Positions 50,393 to 63,100 of a DNA stretch of 64,000 nt are shown piece by piece (within the stretch, counting starts at the first letter, position 1; every line of letters starts with the position of its first letter). The position numbers and the translations under genes were made by a program. The stretch is from Raillietiella orientalis (Eukaryota), in assembly GCA_036172245.1 (NCBI GenBank), contig JAYWIR010000001.1, positions 4,278,001-4,342,000 of the forward strand. The letters are read 5' to 3'. The notes beneath the pieces are model-generated. The model had not been told where the DNA came from and ran no database searches. It saw nothing but the letters and a program-made list of their open reading frames with translations.

Positions 50393-53300
50393 GCGCGAGC
50401 GGATTCCTCGGCGGGCACATCGTGAGGCTGCTGCTCCTCCTGGAAGAGGTCGTCGCGGAGATCCGCCTTCTGGACCTGCACTTCCCGGAGCCACGTGAGC
50501 ACCCCTGGGCGCTGCTGCCGCCCTGCGGAGGTGTTCCCGACCGCGCGGGTCCTCCTTCTGGAGCGACCTCCAAGGCGGCTCGCTGAGGTCTTTCCGCGTA
50601 GCTTGGCGGCGTCGCGCCGCGCGTTCGTCCCCGACGGGACCCTCCCGGGTGTTCTTCCTCCCAGATGGATTGGCTCTCCCTGAGGGACACGCTCCCTCCC
50701 CCCCGAGGTTGCTCCTTCCCGTGCGCGGGTGGCTCCGACGTCGGGCGAATCCGGAGGGCGGAGCGGCGCTGTCCGGCCGCTGTCTGCGAGTGGCACCACG
50801 CTGGATCCAGGCGGTCGCCGAGGGTGCGGAGGATGGGGATCCCAGAGGGAAGAGGAAGAGAAGAGGAAGAGGAGGGAAAGAAGTGGAAGGAAAGAGGAAG
50901 AGAAGACGTCTGGAGAAATCGCAGAAGTCGCCACACCCGCGGGGTTACCGTCGGCCAGCGGCCGACCTTTTCGTCCTCAGGGCAGAAAAAAGAGGGATGG
51001 ATTGCTCTCTCGTGGTGCTCCACAAAAGGAACGAGCGCTCATTCGCGCGTCGCTTTCCCCAAGTGAGAAGTCACAGGAAGGACACTATAGAAAGAAAAGG
51101 GAAGAAGGAAAACACGATGCGGAGACCCCCCTGCTGCTTTTGAAGGAGTTCATCTCCTTTCCCACATTGTCATTGGCCCTGGGAAGTTGGCGGAGCGTCG
51201 TCCGCCTGTGGTGGGAGCGTGCGCAGCACTTACGCGGAAGCGAGGCCGTCGCTCAAAGGATAGCCGAGCCGGTGGTCAGGAAGTGGGTCGCGGAAGGGGG
51301 GGGGGAAGCGTGCGCTTTCTCGACACGCCTTTGGAAGGCGAAGGCAGCCTTGCGTGTGGCCCTCCTTCGCTTGGGAGTGCGCGATATCCGAACGCCCGTA
51401 ACGAAAGACGCCTCGCCGGCCGTTTCGATTCGCAGCAGGCGGTAATTTCCTTGTTCGCCGAAAGATGGGACCGCCGTCCTGATTCCTCTGACGTCACCTC
51501 GTTAAATATTTCCGTTTGATGGTTTCGTAATGCATCATTTCTCGATGAATGCGAACGCTGTTGCCCCTGAGAAAGAATTAAGAAGGCTCCTCAGTCGAGA
51601 AGGAGGAAGGAGAAGGAAGAGGGAAAGGAGGTTGATCTCTCAGACTGCAGCAATGAAGTGCAGAAAATCATCATGCAAGTTCCTTGGTTTCCATGGCTGC
51701 GTCTGGAGCGAGAAAGAGGGCGAGGGAAGAGGGAAGGAGAGGGAAAGAGGAGTGCGTGAGCGCCTTCCTCCTTCAGGGTTCGGACAGTGAGCTGATCCGA
51801 GTGGGCTGCGCTGCCCTCACACGGCGGGATACTGCGCGGGGATAGCAATCTTCCCCCCGCCTCTCCGCACCGCGTGGGTGCGCACACGTCGGACACATGT
51901 GCATCGCGCGTGCCATGTCCCTCCGACCGCTTCAGCGTCCCTAGAATCCGAGACGGGAAATCAGAGCGCGGATGGTAGTCCGGGATGGCGCGCGCCTCTC
52001 CGTGGTCTCGTAGAAGGTGCGCGCGGCGCTGCTCGCGGGCGCCTCCGCGTGCCGGTGTTGCCGCCAGATGCCGCCGCGGAAGGGATGGCGCTGACTCCTC
52101 CCTCCTTGCACTCTACCGCGGGTTTCCTTCCCGTTCCAGCTCGTGCAGGCGAGCCGGCCCCTCGACTGCAGAACGTCCACTTGGACGTCCGGAACGCCGG
52201 TTCCATGGACGCGGCCTTCCGGGGAGTGGACGTGGTCTTCCACTGCGCGGCGGTGACCCAGTTCACCACCCACCGAGACAGGAGGCTGATGCACGAGGTC
52301 AACGTGGACGGTGAGGGGAGGTCGCTACGCGGCTCTTCGTCCTGCCTTTTCTTTCGTGTTCTTCCCTCCCCTATCGTGTTTTTCAGGAACCCGCAACATC
52401 CTGTCGCTATGTCTAGCCCACGAGGTCAAGGTTCTGGTGCTGACCAGCACTACAGACGTGGTCATCCCGTCGAAGGGCAACCTCCTGTGGGTGGATGAGG
52501 TCCAGGCGCTGCCGCCCGCAGACGGGAAGTACATGATCCAGGACTACGCGCACACGAAACGCCTGGCCGAGGACCTCGTCCTGAGTCAGCTGGACCGTGA
52601 CGACCGCGGTACGAGGGTCAGCTGGACCGCGGTCGGGGCATACGCTCCCAGGAGGGGAGAGTTCCGTGCTGGTCTTCCCCACGCGGGGAGGCGCCATCCT
52701 CTCCTCACCTCCATCGGGCATGGAGCGCCGTCTCCTCCGAAGACGGAGGAGGTGCTGCCATGTGCACTTGGACGGCGAGAGACGGTTTCGTGCGAGTCAG
52801 TAGGGAGCGTCCCGGCGAGTAGTAGCAGCGCCCCTGGGCAAGGCGACGACGGCGGCGAGGCACGCTGGGAGTCTCCCTGAAGCTTCACTCGCGCGTATTT
52901 ACGCGCGCTGCTCCTACGTCATCCTTCTGAGGGAGGGGGGCAAATCCGAGGAGGAAGCGCTAGAGCTGCGGGCAGCCGCAACCGGTTAGCTCGCCTCGAC
53001 CGAGGGAAGGTGAGGAGGCCTTGGATGGTGTCCCCAGGCTCCTTCCAGTAGCGCTCGCTGACGCCGTGGCCACCACATGCTGCCAAACATCCCGTCCAAC
53101 ATTTGCATATCTCTCTCTGGCAACCCGAGGGTGCTCCAGCTGATCTCCCCGAGATGTGACGGGCCGTCCTTCGACACTCGACGAGGGAGTGCCTGGATCC
53201 CCTCCCCTGACGACAGAGGCAGCAACCGTGTATGCGGCCGCGGAGGTTGCCAAGGTTACGGTCTCCGAACCCACTGCGGTGCGCGTGCTGTTTGCATCCT

Positions 53301-55087
53301 GTGCTGGTCCACAGCCGCTCCCAATTCGCAGCGGAGAAAGGTTCCCCGCCTCCCGTGGGTAGCTGAGGTAGCTGGGAGGCGACGTGCAACTCGTCGGCAG
53401 GAAGAAGACGGCGCCTCGGATCCACGGTTGCCGAGCGAGACTCCGGATGTGCTCACGCGTCTTCTGTCCGCTTGCGGGTTGTACTTGGAGATTCTTCGTG
53501 GTCCTCCTATAGGTCGGCTGGTGCCACCAGCGCCCCATCGCGGGTCGCGGAATGCGCGCCGAACGCTACTTGCACCCCCCGGTCAACGGCGTGGTCCTGC
53601 AGCCACCACCCCCGCTGGTATGCGTCTCGGGGGAGAGCATCTGCAGGAAATGGAGTCCACCCGCAACCGGATGGCATCGACAGTAGGCGGCGGTCTGTGC
53701 GTACGGCAGATGGCTCTTCGTGGACCTTTGTAGCGGCTCCCAGAAGTCCATCTCCACCCGTTTCCGCGACGATCAATGTGTGGTTCGCGATCTCCATAGA
53801 AGAAGAAGAGAACGAGGAGGAGGAAAGGAAGAGGAAGAGGAAGAGGAGGAAGGAAAGAGGAAGAAGGAAAATGGAAAAGGAGGAAAAGGGGAGGAGGAGG
53901 CGCATCATTCGGGGGTCCCTATCCTAATTGAAAGGTCCCGCCTCCTCACGCTGTATTCCGGAGTGGAGCGAGGAACTAACCGGGGATATTTTTCTTTCAA
54001 GGTCGCACCCTGAAGGCCGTTGTCCTGCGCCCAACTTCCTTGTACGGAGAGGGCGACCCCTACCTCGTGATATCGTCGATGCGCCACGCGATGCTGTGCG
54101 GCGGATCGATCCAGAGATTCGGCGACGGGAAGACCAACTACACCTACGTCGGTAGGAGCCTCTCTTTCCTGCCCCGCCTTTGAGGGAGAGGGAGAAGCGG
54201 ACGGGAACGTGGCAGTTCTTCCTCACCGCGTGCCCGCACTTGACCCCTGTCGCCTGTGTGGTCCAGGAAAGAGGATCAGGGAGCGGCCAGTACCCCCTTC
54301 GCCACTACACGCGTGTCCGGTCTCCCTATGTAGACCTTGGGTGGCTCTACAAGTTCGGGTACTGCGGGAGGGGGACGCCGCTCGCCGCCGGGGAGACGGA
54401 CAGAAGCACCAACTCATGGCATGAGTGGGGTCGACCCCTGCTCTGCCCTCTTTCCCCTCCCCCGCGCGTCTCTGCTGAGGGGCTCGCTTGTCTGTCGCCG
54501 TGACGACGCGCCGAGGGAGCCACACTCACGCTTTGAGGCAGAGGAAGGCGCACCAGGAGCGGCGATCTCTTCCGTTTTTCTCCTTCTCCTCCCCCGTGCG
54601 TGGGCGCGCGGGAAAGGCTCCCTGAAGGGGTCGGGGGCGAGCCGAAGGGGTAGTCGTGCACATTGCACCGTTCACCTCAGGGAACGCCGCCTGGGCGCAC
54701 CTGCTGGCGATGGAGAAGCTGCTCCTCCGCGGAGGCGCCATCTCCGGAAGATGCTACTTCGTCACCGACGACTCACCCCCTTCCAGCGTCTTCTCCTTCA
54801 TGGCCCCGTTCCTGGAGATGCGGAACTTCTCCGTGTCCCCGAGACCTGCGCCCTACTACCTATGCCTGTTCCTGCTGTTCCTGCTGAATCTGGTGGCGCC
54901 CCTGCTGCGCCTCTTCAGCGACCGCTTCCGGGACGTTCCCACTCTAAACTGCTTCCGGTACGTGGCGCATACCTACCTCTACCGCAGGGACGCCGCCGAG
55001 AGGGACCTGGGCTACTCCCCCATCTTCGACTACCAGGAAGCCCTGGAGAGCTCTGCCGCCTACTACTCCAGCGTGCCTCTCGTGTAG
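50393..55087 (+). CDS. 3-beta-hydroxysteroid dehydrogenase/isomerase-like extended SDR (HSD3B/HSD3B7 family); first coding exon not located
   Basis: Exons 50393-50494, 52140-52310, 52387-52608, 54002-54151, 54681-55087, all GT-AG and frame-consistent. Motifs: GASGFLGGHIV (Rossmann GxxGxxG), IRLLDL (acidic beta2 residue, NAD preference), GVDVVFHCAA, VNVDGTRN, LTST, YAHTK (YxxxK), LRPTSLYGEGD, TYVGNAAWAHLLA, GRCYFVTDDSP, AERDLGYSP. Branch point CTAAC at 53976. Confidence 0.93.
53798..53900. repeat. Homopurine (GA-rich) tract inside an HSD intron
   Basis: About 100 nt almost exclusively G/A. Confidence 0.85.
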
Positions 55088-55115
55088 GTCGTACGTGGCA
55101 ACCACTGGACATGTG

Positions 55116-55121
55116 AATAAA
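55116..55121 (+). terminator. Polyadenylation signal AATAAA of the 3-beta-HSD-like gene
   Basis: AATAAA 28 nt after the TAG stop. Confidence 0.7.
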
Positions 55122-56892
55122 AAGAGAATGTAGGGGACGAGATAGGAAGGGGTAGGACCGGTCTGAGGAGCAAGAAGTCGACCCTAACTTCCCTCTGCCG
55201 ATGAGGAGGAACCCGGGGTCGACCTCGCTTGACCTCTCCAAACTGCCGTCCGGGTGCGGTGCTAGCACGCACTGCCAGCGGCGTCTCCTCCGCTCCGTGC
55301 GGTCGTCGCGAAGGGTCGAGGAGGTTCCATACTGCCGACGATCGCCCATGTGGACCGTCCCGTCGCAGCTGCTGCCCCGACAGCGCCGCCCTCGGAGCTC
55401 TTGAGACCTGCCTGCGAGAGCCTGGCTCGAGTGTCGCACTTCCGTCCGTCGGGAGTTCTTCCCCAGCCGCCCGCCGCCGCCAGCACCGACGACCCCGAGG
55501 ATCGCCTCGGACTGCGGGCGTGATGCGGGGGCGAGCGAGCATCAATTTGCGCCGGGTAACGGGAGGTTAAGAGAACGAATCCGTGGATGCCGGTGGATGC
55601 TTCTCTCGCTTCGGGGTCGCGCGCTCTCCCTGCTGTTCCTGGCGGTCACCCTGTGCTCCGGAAGCCTTGTCGATCTTCTGGAAAGGAAATGATCTCCCCC
55701 CATTTCTCCCGTGCCGGCCTCCGCGTGGTGGCGCAGGTCTCATCTCTCTCTCCGGCATTGGGATCTTACCGACCCGCAGGCACTGATGCTGACTTCCCAT
55801 CCCCCTCTTCCTCGAGGAACAGCCTGCGTCAGGACGAGCATTTCCCGCTCTTCTGGCCCTGGGAGCTGGCATGGAGCCCCGGGCGACGCACAGGCCCACT
55901 CCGCGCGTCTTCCGCGGGAGGGAGGGAGCGTGTGCAGCGTCAGCTTTTGTTGTCACTGCTGTAGGAGGGAGGAAAAAGAAACACGGGGATGGATTCTCCG
56001 ATCGGTAGGAAAGCTCAGCCTCCGGGCTCCTTACCGACCGGTCTTCCCTCGCCTGGCGCAACTTTCGCGCACGCATCCCAGTCAGGCTCGATCGCTGACG
56101 TCACCTGGCTTGGCGCTGGCGCGGCGAGGAAGCCCTGAAAGAGGGACGCTCTCGGGCAAAACGAGGAGAACCTTCGGAGGTGGAAGAAGCGTCTTTCCTG
56201 GCACGCATCTTCCGCCGCACGCGCACTCGGCAGCCCCCCGCGATTCGGCACGCAGCAGACGCACGCAGCATCCGTGCAGTCGGCCTCACTGGAAGGCTCT
56301 TCCGGGTAGCGTCGGCGGCTGCCGCGGCCTCTGCTTTTCGTGAGACGAGAGACCGTTCGACGTCATTCCAGGGGTGCACATCCCGAGCTTGGATGTACGA
56401 CGCGCGCGGAGTACGGGAGACTGCCCGTTGCATGGCAACGACCCGACGACGTCAAGCCACGAGACACTCCGAAGGGGACTCGGGAAGAATACAGGAGGAA
56501 GAAACCCGCTGGGGCGAAAGCTCCTCGTGCAGTGCTCCAAGAGGATGCCAGGATGCCGATTGCAGCGTTCATCCTGGAGCGCGTCCCTGGAGCAGAGCTG
56601 GTTTCTCACCCCTCGGTTTTCAGATCTCGAGGGTTTGGGTGGACTGATGGAGAGCGTTTGCGTTAGGGATTTGTCGCTGCAAGCCCGCACGCAATGCCTC
56701 TCGAGGGAATCCCCTGGCAACGGCGGCGGGGCCCTCTAATTTCCTTCGAGCGACCCCTCAGCGAGGGAGACGCGGCCCTGCGTTTTAAGACAGCAAGGAG
56801 ACGAGAAGGCCTCTGCACGGCCGTGGTCGACACCGCCAATACGTCCGCAGGACCACCGACGAGGCGTCGTTCCTTTTCCTGCCTTGCTCGTT

Positions 56893-57163
56893 CTCTTACT
56901 CTTCCTCTTCTTCCTTTTCCTCCCTCCCTCCTCCTTCTTCCTCCTTTCCTCTTCTTTTCATCCTTTTTCCTCTTCTGCCTCTTCTTCCCTCCCTTCCTCC
57001 GTCCTTTCCTCCTCCTCTTTCTCTTCCTGTTTTTTCTGCCTTTCTTCTTCCTCCCTCCTTCTCCTCCCTCATCCTTCTTTTCTTCCCTTCCTTCCTCCTC
57101 TTCCTTTCTTCTCTTTTTCTTTCCTCCCCCTCTCTTTCTTCTTTTACCTCCTGCCTTCCTCCT
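56893..57163. repeat. Homopyrimidine (CT-rich) low-complexity tract
   Basis: About 270 nt almost exclusively C/T on the + strand. Confidence 0.92.
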
Positions 57164-60100
57164 TGATCAGTATCTCCTAGAGATGGCACGCGCGGGCCAG
57201 AAACTACACGGTTACGAGAGAGCTGCTCCAATCAACAGTCCTGGCACAACGGTCCCGGCGTGAAGCGTCTCCGGTAAAGGCCTGCTCTTCCAGACACGCG
57301 GCCTCCCGAGGCGGAGCGGACTCAGAGTCCAGAGGGACGACGCCGTGGCGGCGGGCAGGCTCCTTCTGGAGGGAACGGCGGGACAGACGGGGCCGCTTGG
57401 AAGAGGAAGACGAAGACAGAGGGGATGAGCCATCCTTTCCCTTCTCCCGAGGGGAATTCACCACTCCCTAACCCTGTCGGGTGGCCGCGCATCGCCCTGC
57501 AAGTGTCCTTCGAGGTGGATTCTCTTCGCGGGAGAGGTACGTCGATGGTCGATCCCTGGAAGAGGAGGAAGAAGGGAAGGAAGAGGGATCGTGGTATCAG
57601 CAGCCGCAGCTTTCGATGTCGTTTTTGTTATAGGAGGGGGAGGGGATCACGGCAAGGCGCGTCCTCCTGACGGCAGCAGCTGGTCGGCGGCATCCTCCTG
57701 CGAATGTCCACAGGCGGCCACGCCCTCGGGAGCAGCAGCTCCACGTCCACACCTTTCCAGGGAACTCCCCCGCCAAAGGTTGCGGGACTCCGGAAGGACC
57801 CTCCTTTCTGTTCCCATTCTCTGTAGCTAGTGGGTCAGGGAGTGGCCGGCACAGGAATCCCTCCTTGCGGCTACAGCGCTACCTTCCTGCGCTGCTGGAA
57901 ACCGAGGAGCCGCCGCCGCTGGAGCGACTCTCTCCCTGTTGAGGGACGGAGCAGAGACCGGACAGGACCACTTCTAAGGACCTCCCTCGAACGCCGAATC
58001 CGCGCTTCTAGAACCCATGGGAGGGAGGAGATGATTCGGACGAGAGACATCCTCCCATTGGCAGTCGTTCCTGAGGCTCTGCACCTCCTCCCCCCCCCCC
58101 GTATGGCTGAGGGTTGAGACATGGACTGAAACCAACTCCTCGATGATGGGGATCATGGGAAAGGGCAGAGGTCCACCTCTGGCTTACTTACCGACCTCGA
58201 CGGCGGTGGAGTCTTCCGCGCCGCCGGCGGAGACCGGAGCTCGCGCCTTCGGTCCTGCTGGCATACGCGCAGTAATACCATCCCGCCCTGACCCGCTGTC
58301 GCTGCCACGCGGAAGGGGCACTCGCGCCGTCCACTCACTGCCGCGCGGAATCGCCGAGGAGGAACATTGCCTCCAGGGTTGCGTGCGTGCCGAGACAAGC
58401 AAGACCGGCACGGGAGAGGAAAAGAACCGGTTGCCGTGGACAACAGCGCCATCAGACCTTGCCTCCTGTCTTCCCTCCTTACAAGCGACCTCTCCAGGCG
58501 TGAGGAGTTCCGTCTGTGAGGAGAGAAAGGAGGAGGACCTCCACAGAAGTCGGGAGTCACACGCCTGGAGAGGTCGCTCGTCCGGAAACTTGGGGGCTCC
58601 GTCCGCGTTGGGACACTGCTGGAGGCGCACGACAGGCGGGAGAGACTCGCGTCCGGACGTCTACCGACGGGGGAGGAGGTTGCCTCCCGTCTCCCCGAGA
58701 GGACACCTGTCGGCGAGGTAGGGAGGTTCCCCAGACGGCAAGAGGGGGAGAAGGGCATTCCGTTCGACCTAACCGCGTCGAAGCGCACCTTGGTGGGGCC
58801 TTCGTTGTTCCCGCCTCGTTGATAGCGCTGCAATCGGAAGCGGAGAGCTCGTCGGAGGCAGGTCGATCGGCGGACTCCCGATGGCGACGATGACAGTCTC
58901 CCGGAAGCCGGGGTCGTGGAATGAGCCAAAGGCCTCGCGCTGACCTCTGGGCTCAGGAAGCTCCCGCAAAATTCCCCCCCTCCATCAAAGCGGAGCTGCC
59001 CAGGCTCCGCGGACAACCCAAGGAAGACCATGACCAGTTGACGCTTGCGAGGAGCGTCAGAGGCGAAACTTCCTGGCCGGTCTTCCTGGAGGGTCCGTCC
59101 CAGGAAGTGCGTGACGTCCACCGGCTCCCGACTCTGGTCTAAGCGCGCACGTCGAGAAGCGAGGGCGCTTCGAGCGGCCTCATCTTATCGCGAGCGCTGG
59201 TGCCTGGCGGTGGAGCGCGCCTGGTCCACCCGAGGCGCCCCAACTTACGTGCTGTCCTCCCATATCCATGGAAGGCGGGAGACATTAGGAAGCGTCCTTT
59301 GGTTCGGTTTTCCGTCCTTGGAGGGTGGGGGGGAGAAGAGAGGGAAGGGCGTTTCCTGTGTGATCTCGCTCGCTCCGGGCTGCAGGAGCCCAGAGGAAGA
59401 AGGAAAGCAGCGGAGGTTACTCTTCGCCGAGGTGACGCGGTCAGACGTTTCCGCGTGCATCCGGCGCGGCCATCTTCTGGCGCCCGTCTCGGATCCGGGA
59501 GCACTGCCTGTCGGACTCGCCCGCAGGCGTTCCGCGACGCCGCGGGAGCCGGGACCTCGAGTCTCGGTGCGGTCACATCACGCGTCGGCCCGTGTCCAGC
59601 GGAAAAAGAAGGGAGAACCGAATTACTTTGGTGCGCAGATTTCCAGGAGGCCAAGGACGTCGCCCCGTTTCCGAAACACAGCACGCCGGGAGGAAGGGCA
59701 GCGGCGGCGTCAGGACGACGAAAGTAGGAGCTCCCGCCTGGGAAGGAGTCTTTCAGACGCTGCAGGATCTTACGCGGAGGTTTCCTTCCGTCGTCGTGGG
59801 AGCTCCCCACGCATTGCCGTGTCATCGGCAGTCGACACGGTGGCGGACGAGGGCGATCCCAGCAACGCACAGGCCCAGCGGTATCAGCTGCAGGTGCGTC
59901 CAGACCAAAGGATCCCATCCCAAGAGCGCCGTCCTCTAGGGATGGTCCCATCCATATCAGAGGGAACAGGAGGAACGTGGAGCGGGAATCCGTGAACAGG
60001 TGCCTTCAGTCTCCAAAGGCGTGGGCCCGCTGCGCTCTGCCGCATCGTCACGAATCCTCCAGGAGTCACCACCTTTCAATCAGGAATCGGTCCTGCCGCT

Positions 60101-63100
60101 TGCACACGAAGGAATGCTTCCGAGGTCTTTCTCTGGAAACTGGCAGACGCATATGTCAAGCAGTCGAAGGTTGGTTGCATGGCAGGGACTTCTCTGCTGA
60201 TTGCCAAGGGGGTAGAAAGACCGATTGCTTGGGGAAAAATGAGCTGATCACCTCGACGCATACGCGGAGGGATGCGCTAGGGATTTTTGCTTCTGCGTGG
60301 AAAGAGAGAGTCGCTGACACGTTTTGGCAGGATCGGGAAAACCAGTTGCGTTCGTAGAAGCTCCAGTGGGACAGATGAGTGCGTTCACTTCTCATGCTGT
60401 GGCGGAGAGGAACGAACGTGGAGCGAAGAGGCGTTCTCTTCACCGAAGCTTCCCATTGAGACGAACGGCGCGGTTAGACTAGAAATCTGAGCTGCCCGGA
60501 TTGAAGGCCGAGCCAGAGCGGACTCTGCAATTCCAATCACCAAACAACAGTCAACGAGTTCAATCGTCAATGGTGGGAGCGAATGGGCACCTAACTGCTT
60601 ATTCTCCCTCTCTTCTTCCTGCTCCTCGTCTTCTCAGCCATAAGAATCTCAGCACATTTCCTCTGCGGTCGGTCCGCCGATTTTCCCATTTCACGTGAGG
60701 AAAAAATTCGGTTTTTGTTCTCGAGCGGCGAGGCATCGACTTCGTCCGCCGGAGACCACGCCGCGCGCAAAACAAAACACGATCAGTCTCCACGCCAACG
60801 CTCGTTGGCGTCTCCGTTTATATTTACTCAACAATGGATATGCAAAGAAGCGTCTCTCCCAACGTAGGCTTAGCGGTGCCGTGGACACGCAAATCAAATT
60901 TCAAAAGCACACGCTCGCGACAGGAACACGTCGCGGGCAGCACGCCAACTCTCGTGTGCAGAAAGTGGTCGATCAGAGGCATGATGCATACGCCTTCGCG
61001 GAATACTCCGGCAGCGTTCGCCGTCGCCGTCCCCATTCCTTCGGGTGTGCGAAATCCTCAGCTCGTTGTAAGAGTCGGCGCCTAGCAACCCGTATTCTTC
61101 GTCCTCGTACCGGAAGCAGTTATTAATGAATGTCCAAGAGCTCTGTTGCAGTCATCGAGGAGAAACTCTTCAAAAATCAATACTTCTTCAGAATGTAAGA
61201 CATTTCAAAGAGAATTTTCCATCCCCCTCCCCTTTCTTTCCCCGCCATCCCTCTTTTCCCTTGCCTTACGAACGGGGAACTCGTTACTAATTGTCTCCTC
61301 GAACAGTTGAACTACAAAAAGACCAGCCGGTCTGTTATGTGACGAACCGAACCAAGGAAGTCTTCGGATTCTTTCGCTGCACGTTCTGGGCACTCGACTC
61401 GTCGGAAACCGTCAAACTCATTCCCGCTTGCAGCTGGAAAGAAAAGAATTCCTGCAATAAAGCATTCTTGTTCTTGGACTAGATTGATGATGCTTCGCAT
61501 GGGAGCGGCTGCATGGAAGACGAGCACCAGTGGCGGAGAAACGAACGGACCTGAGGAACTCTCAGGAAACTCGTCCCTCATCCCATGGTGTGTCCATGGG
61601 GAACCTCTCCCCTTCCTCGTGAACCTCAGGAGCCACGGGGTAGCGGCACTCATCGTTCTGCGCCCAGCCTGATGGTGAACGCCTAAGGGAGCAGCGGTCA
61701 CAAGAAGCGGTGAGCTGGAGATCTGCTACCTTGGGCGGACAAAGTTCCCTAAACAGAGCGAGGTATTGCAAGATGAGAAGTATCCTGCGATATCGCGAGA
61801 AAATAGAAGCAGCTGGGATACTGGACGGCGCATCAACTGGCTGACGCATTTACCCTTGCCTCCCTTTCCAAAGGAATTTCCCGCTGGGCGGAACCCTTGG
61901 ACATTCCTCCCGAAGAGGCAGAAATTCTCCCAGTGTTTGTGAAGAGCTCCACGCTTTCCGTGAAGTGGCATTGCAGTTGCTGCACTGGGCAATCCCATGC
62001 AACGCGTGAGTCCTCCACTGGACGAGGAGGAGTGCGGTCTTAGACTGTGCCAGGTGCTGGAAACGGGAAACCTCATTGCACCTGTTGTTGGATTGTGTTG
62101 CCCTCCTGAGTGTTTGAGAACGCTTCGTTTCGGCCCTCTCTTCCCGATGGGCAACGGCAGAGAGGCTTTGAGGCGCCTCTTCACTTGCGACTCGATGTCA
62201 CCTTCAGCTTCCCTTGCTGCTCTGTGCTCCCTTCGTGAGACTGGCGGAGAGAAGCCGCGCCGAAAGAGGTCAGTCGAACAGTGAGGTCATCTCAATCGCC
62301 TGCTGCTTCATAAGGAAGACAACAAAATGGCCACATCTCTGCCAACAAAAGAAGGAAGTTGCCAACATCCTCCAGAGGGTGCTGAGGACGCCAGGAAGAA
62401 ATCTAATCCTTTCCCGTCCCCCTTCCCTTCCAACATTTCTAAAATGAACTTTTGTGTGTGTGTGTTTTGTTTTTGTTTACTCCTTCCCTCACTCCTGTGC
62501 GGATCTCAGCGAGGAGCTGCTTACGAGAAGCACGCCTCCGAGTCATTTCCCTTCTTAGTGGTGAAGTGAAGCCACTACGAAGGAAGACATTTTGTATGTT
62601 ATAAGACTGTTTTTTTATAAATATTTTTTCACAATAAATACTTCGGCATGACCGGGTGAAAACAAAATAAAATAAACAGAGTAAGGAGCTCTCGACTGCT
62701 CTTCACCGGAGCCTCGACGCGTCCCGCTCATTGCGTCGTCAAGGACCGAAGAGATCCACAGAGAGTACGAAGGACGCCGGACGCTTGCCGCTGGCGGCCG
62801 TCCAGAGAGGCAGAGAAGAATACCTTCGGTTGTCTTCGGATGTGAATGCGCGCTTACCAAGAAGGATGCTTGTTCCTGTCGCGGCGAAACGAGTGCGTCA
62901 GGGACTGCGACTCTTCCCAGGACGGCTCGAAACCCTTCAGCGGGCTACAATCCTTCTCCTCTTCTTTCCCTCTGATTCCCCTCCTTCAATCCCCTCCTTC
63001 GACAGCGAGTGCATACGTCTCAAGTGGACACGGTCCTCCTGCTCGTCATCTCGTCTGTAGCAGCTCGCAGCGAAAGACCGGAGGCTTCTCCTGTAGTGAT

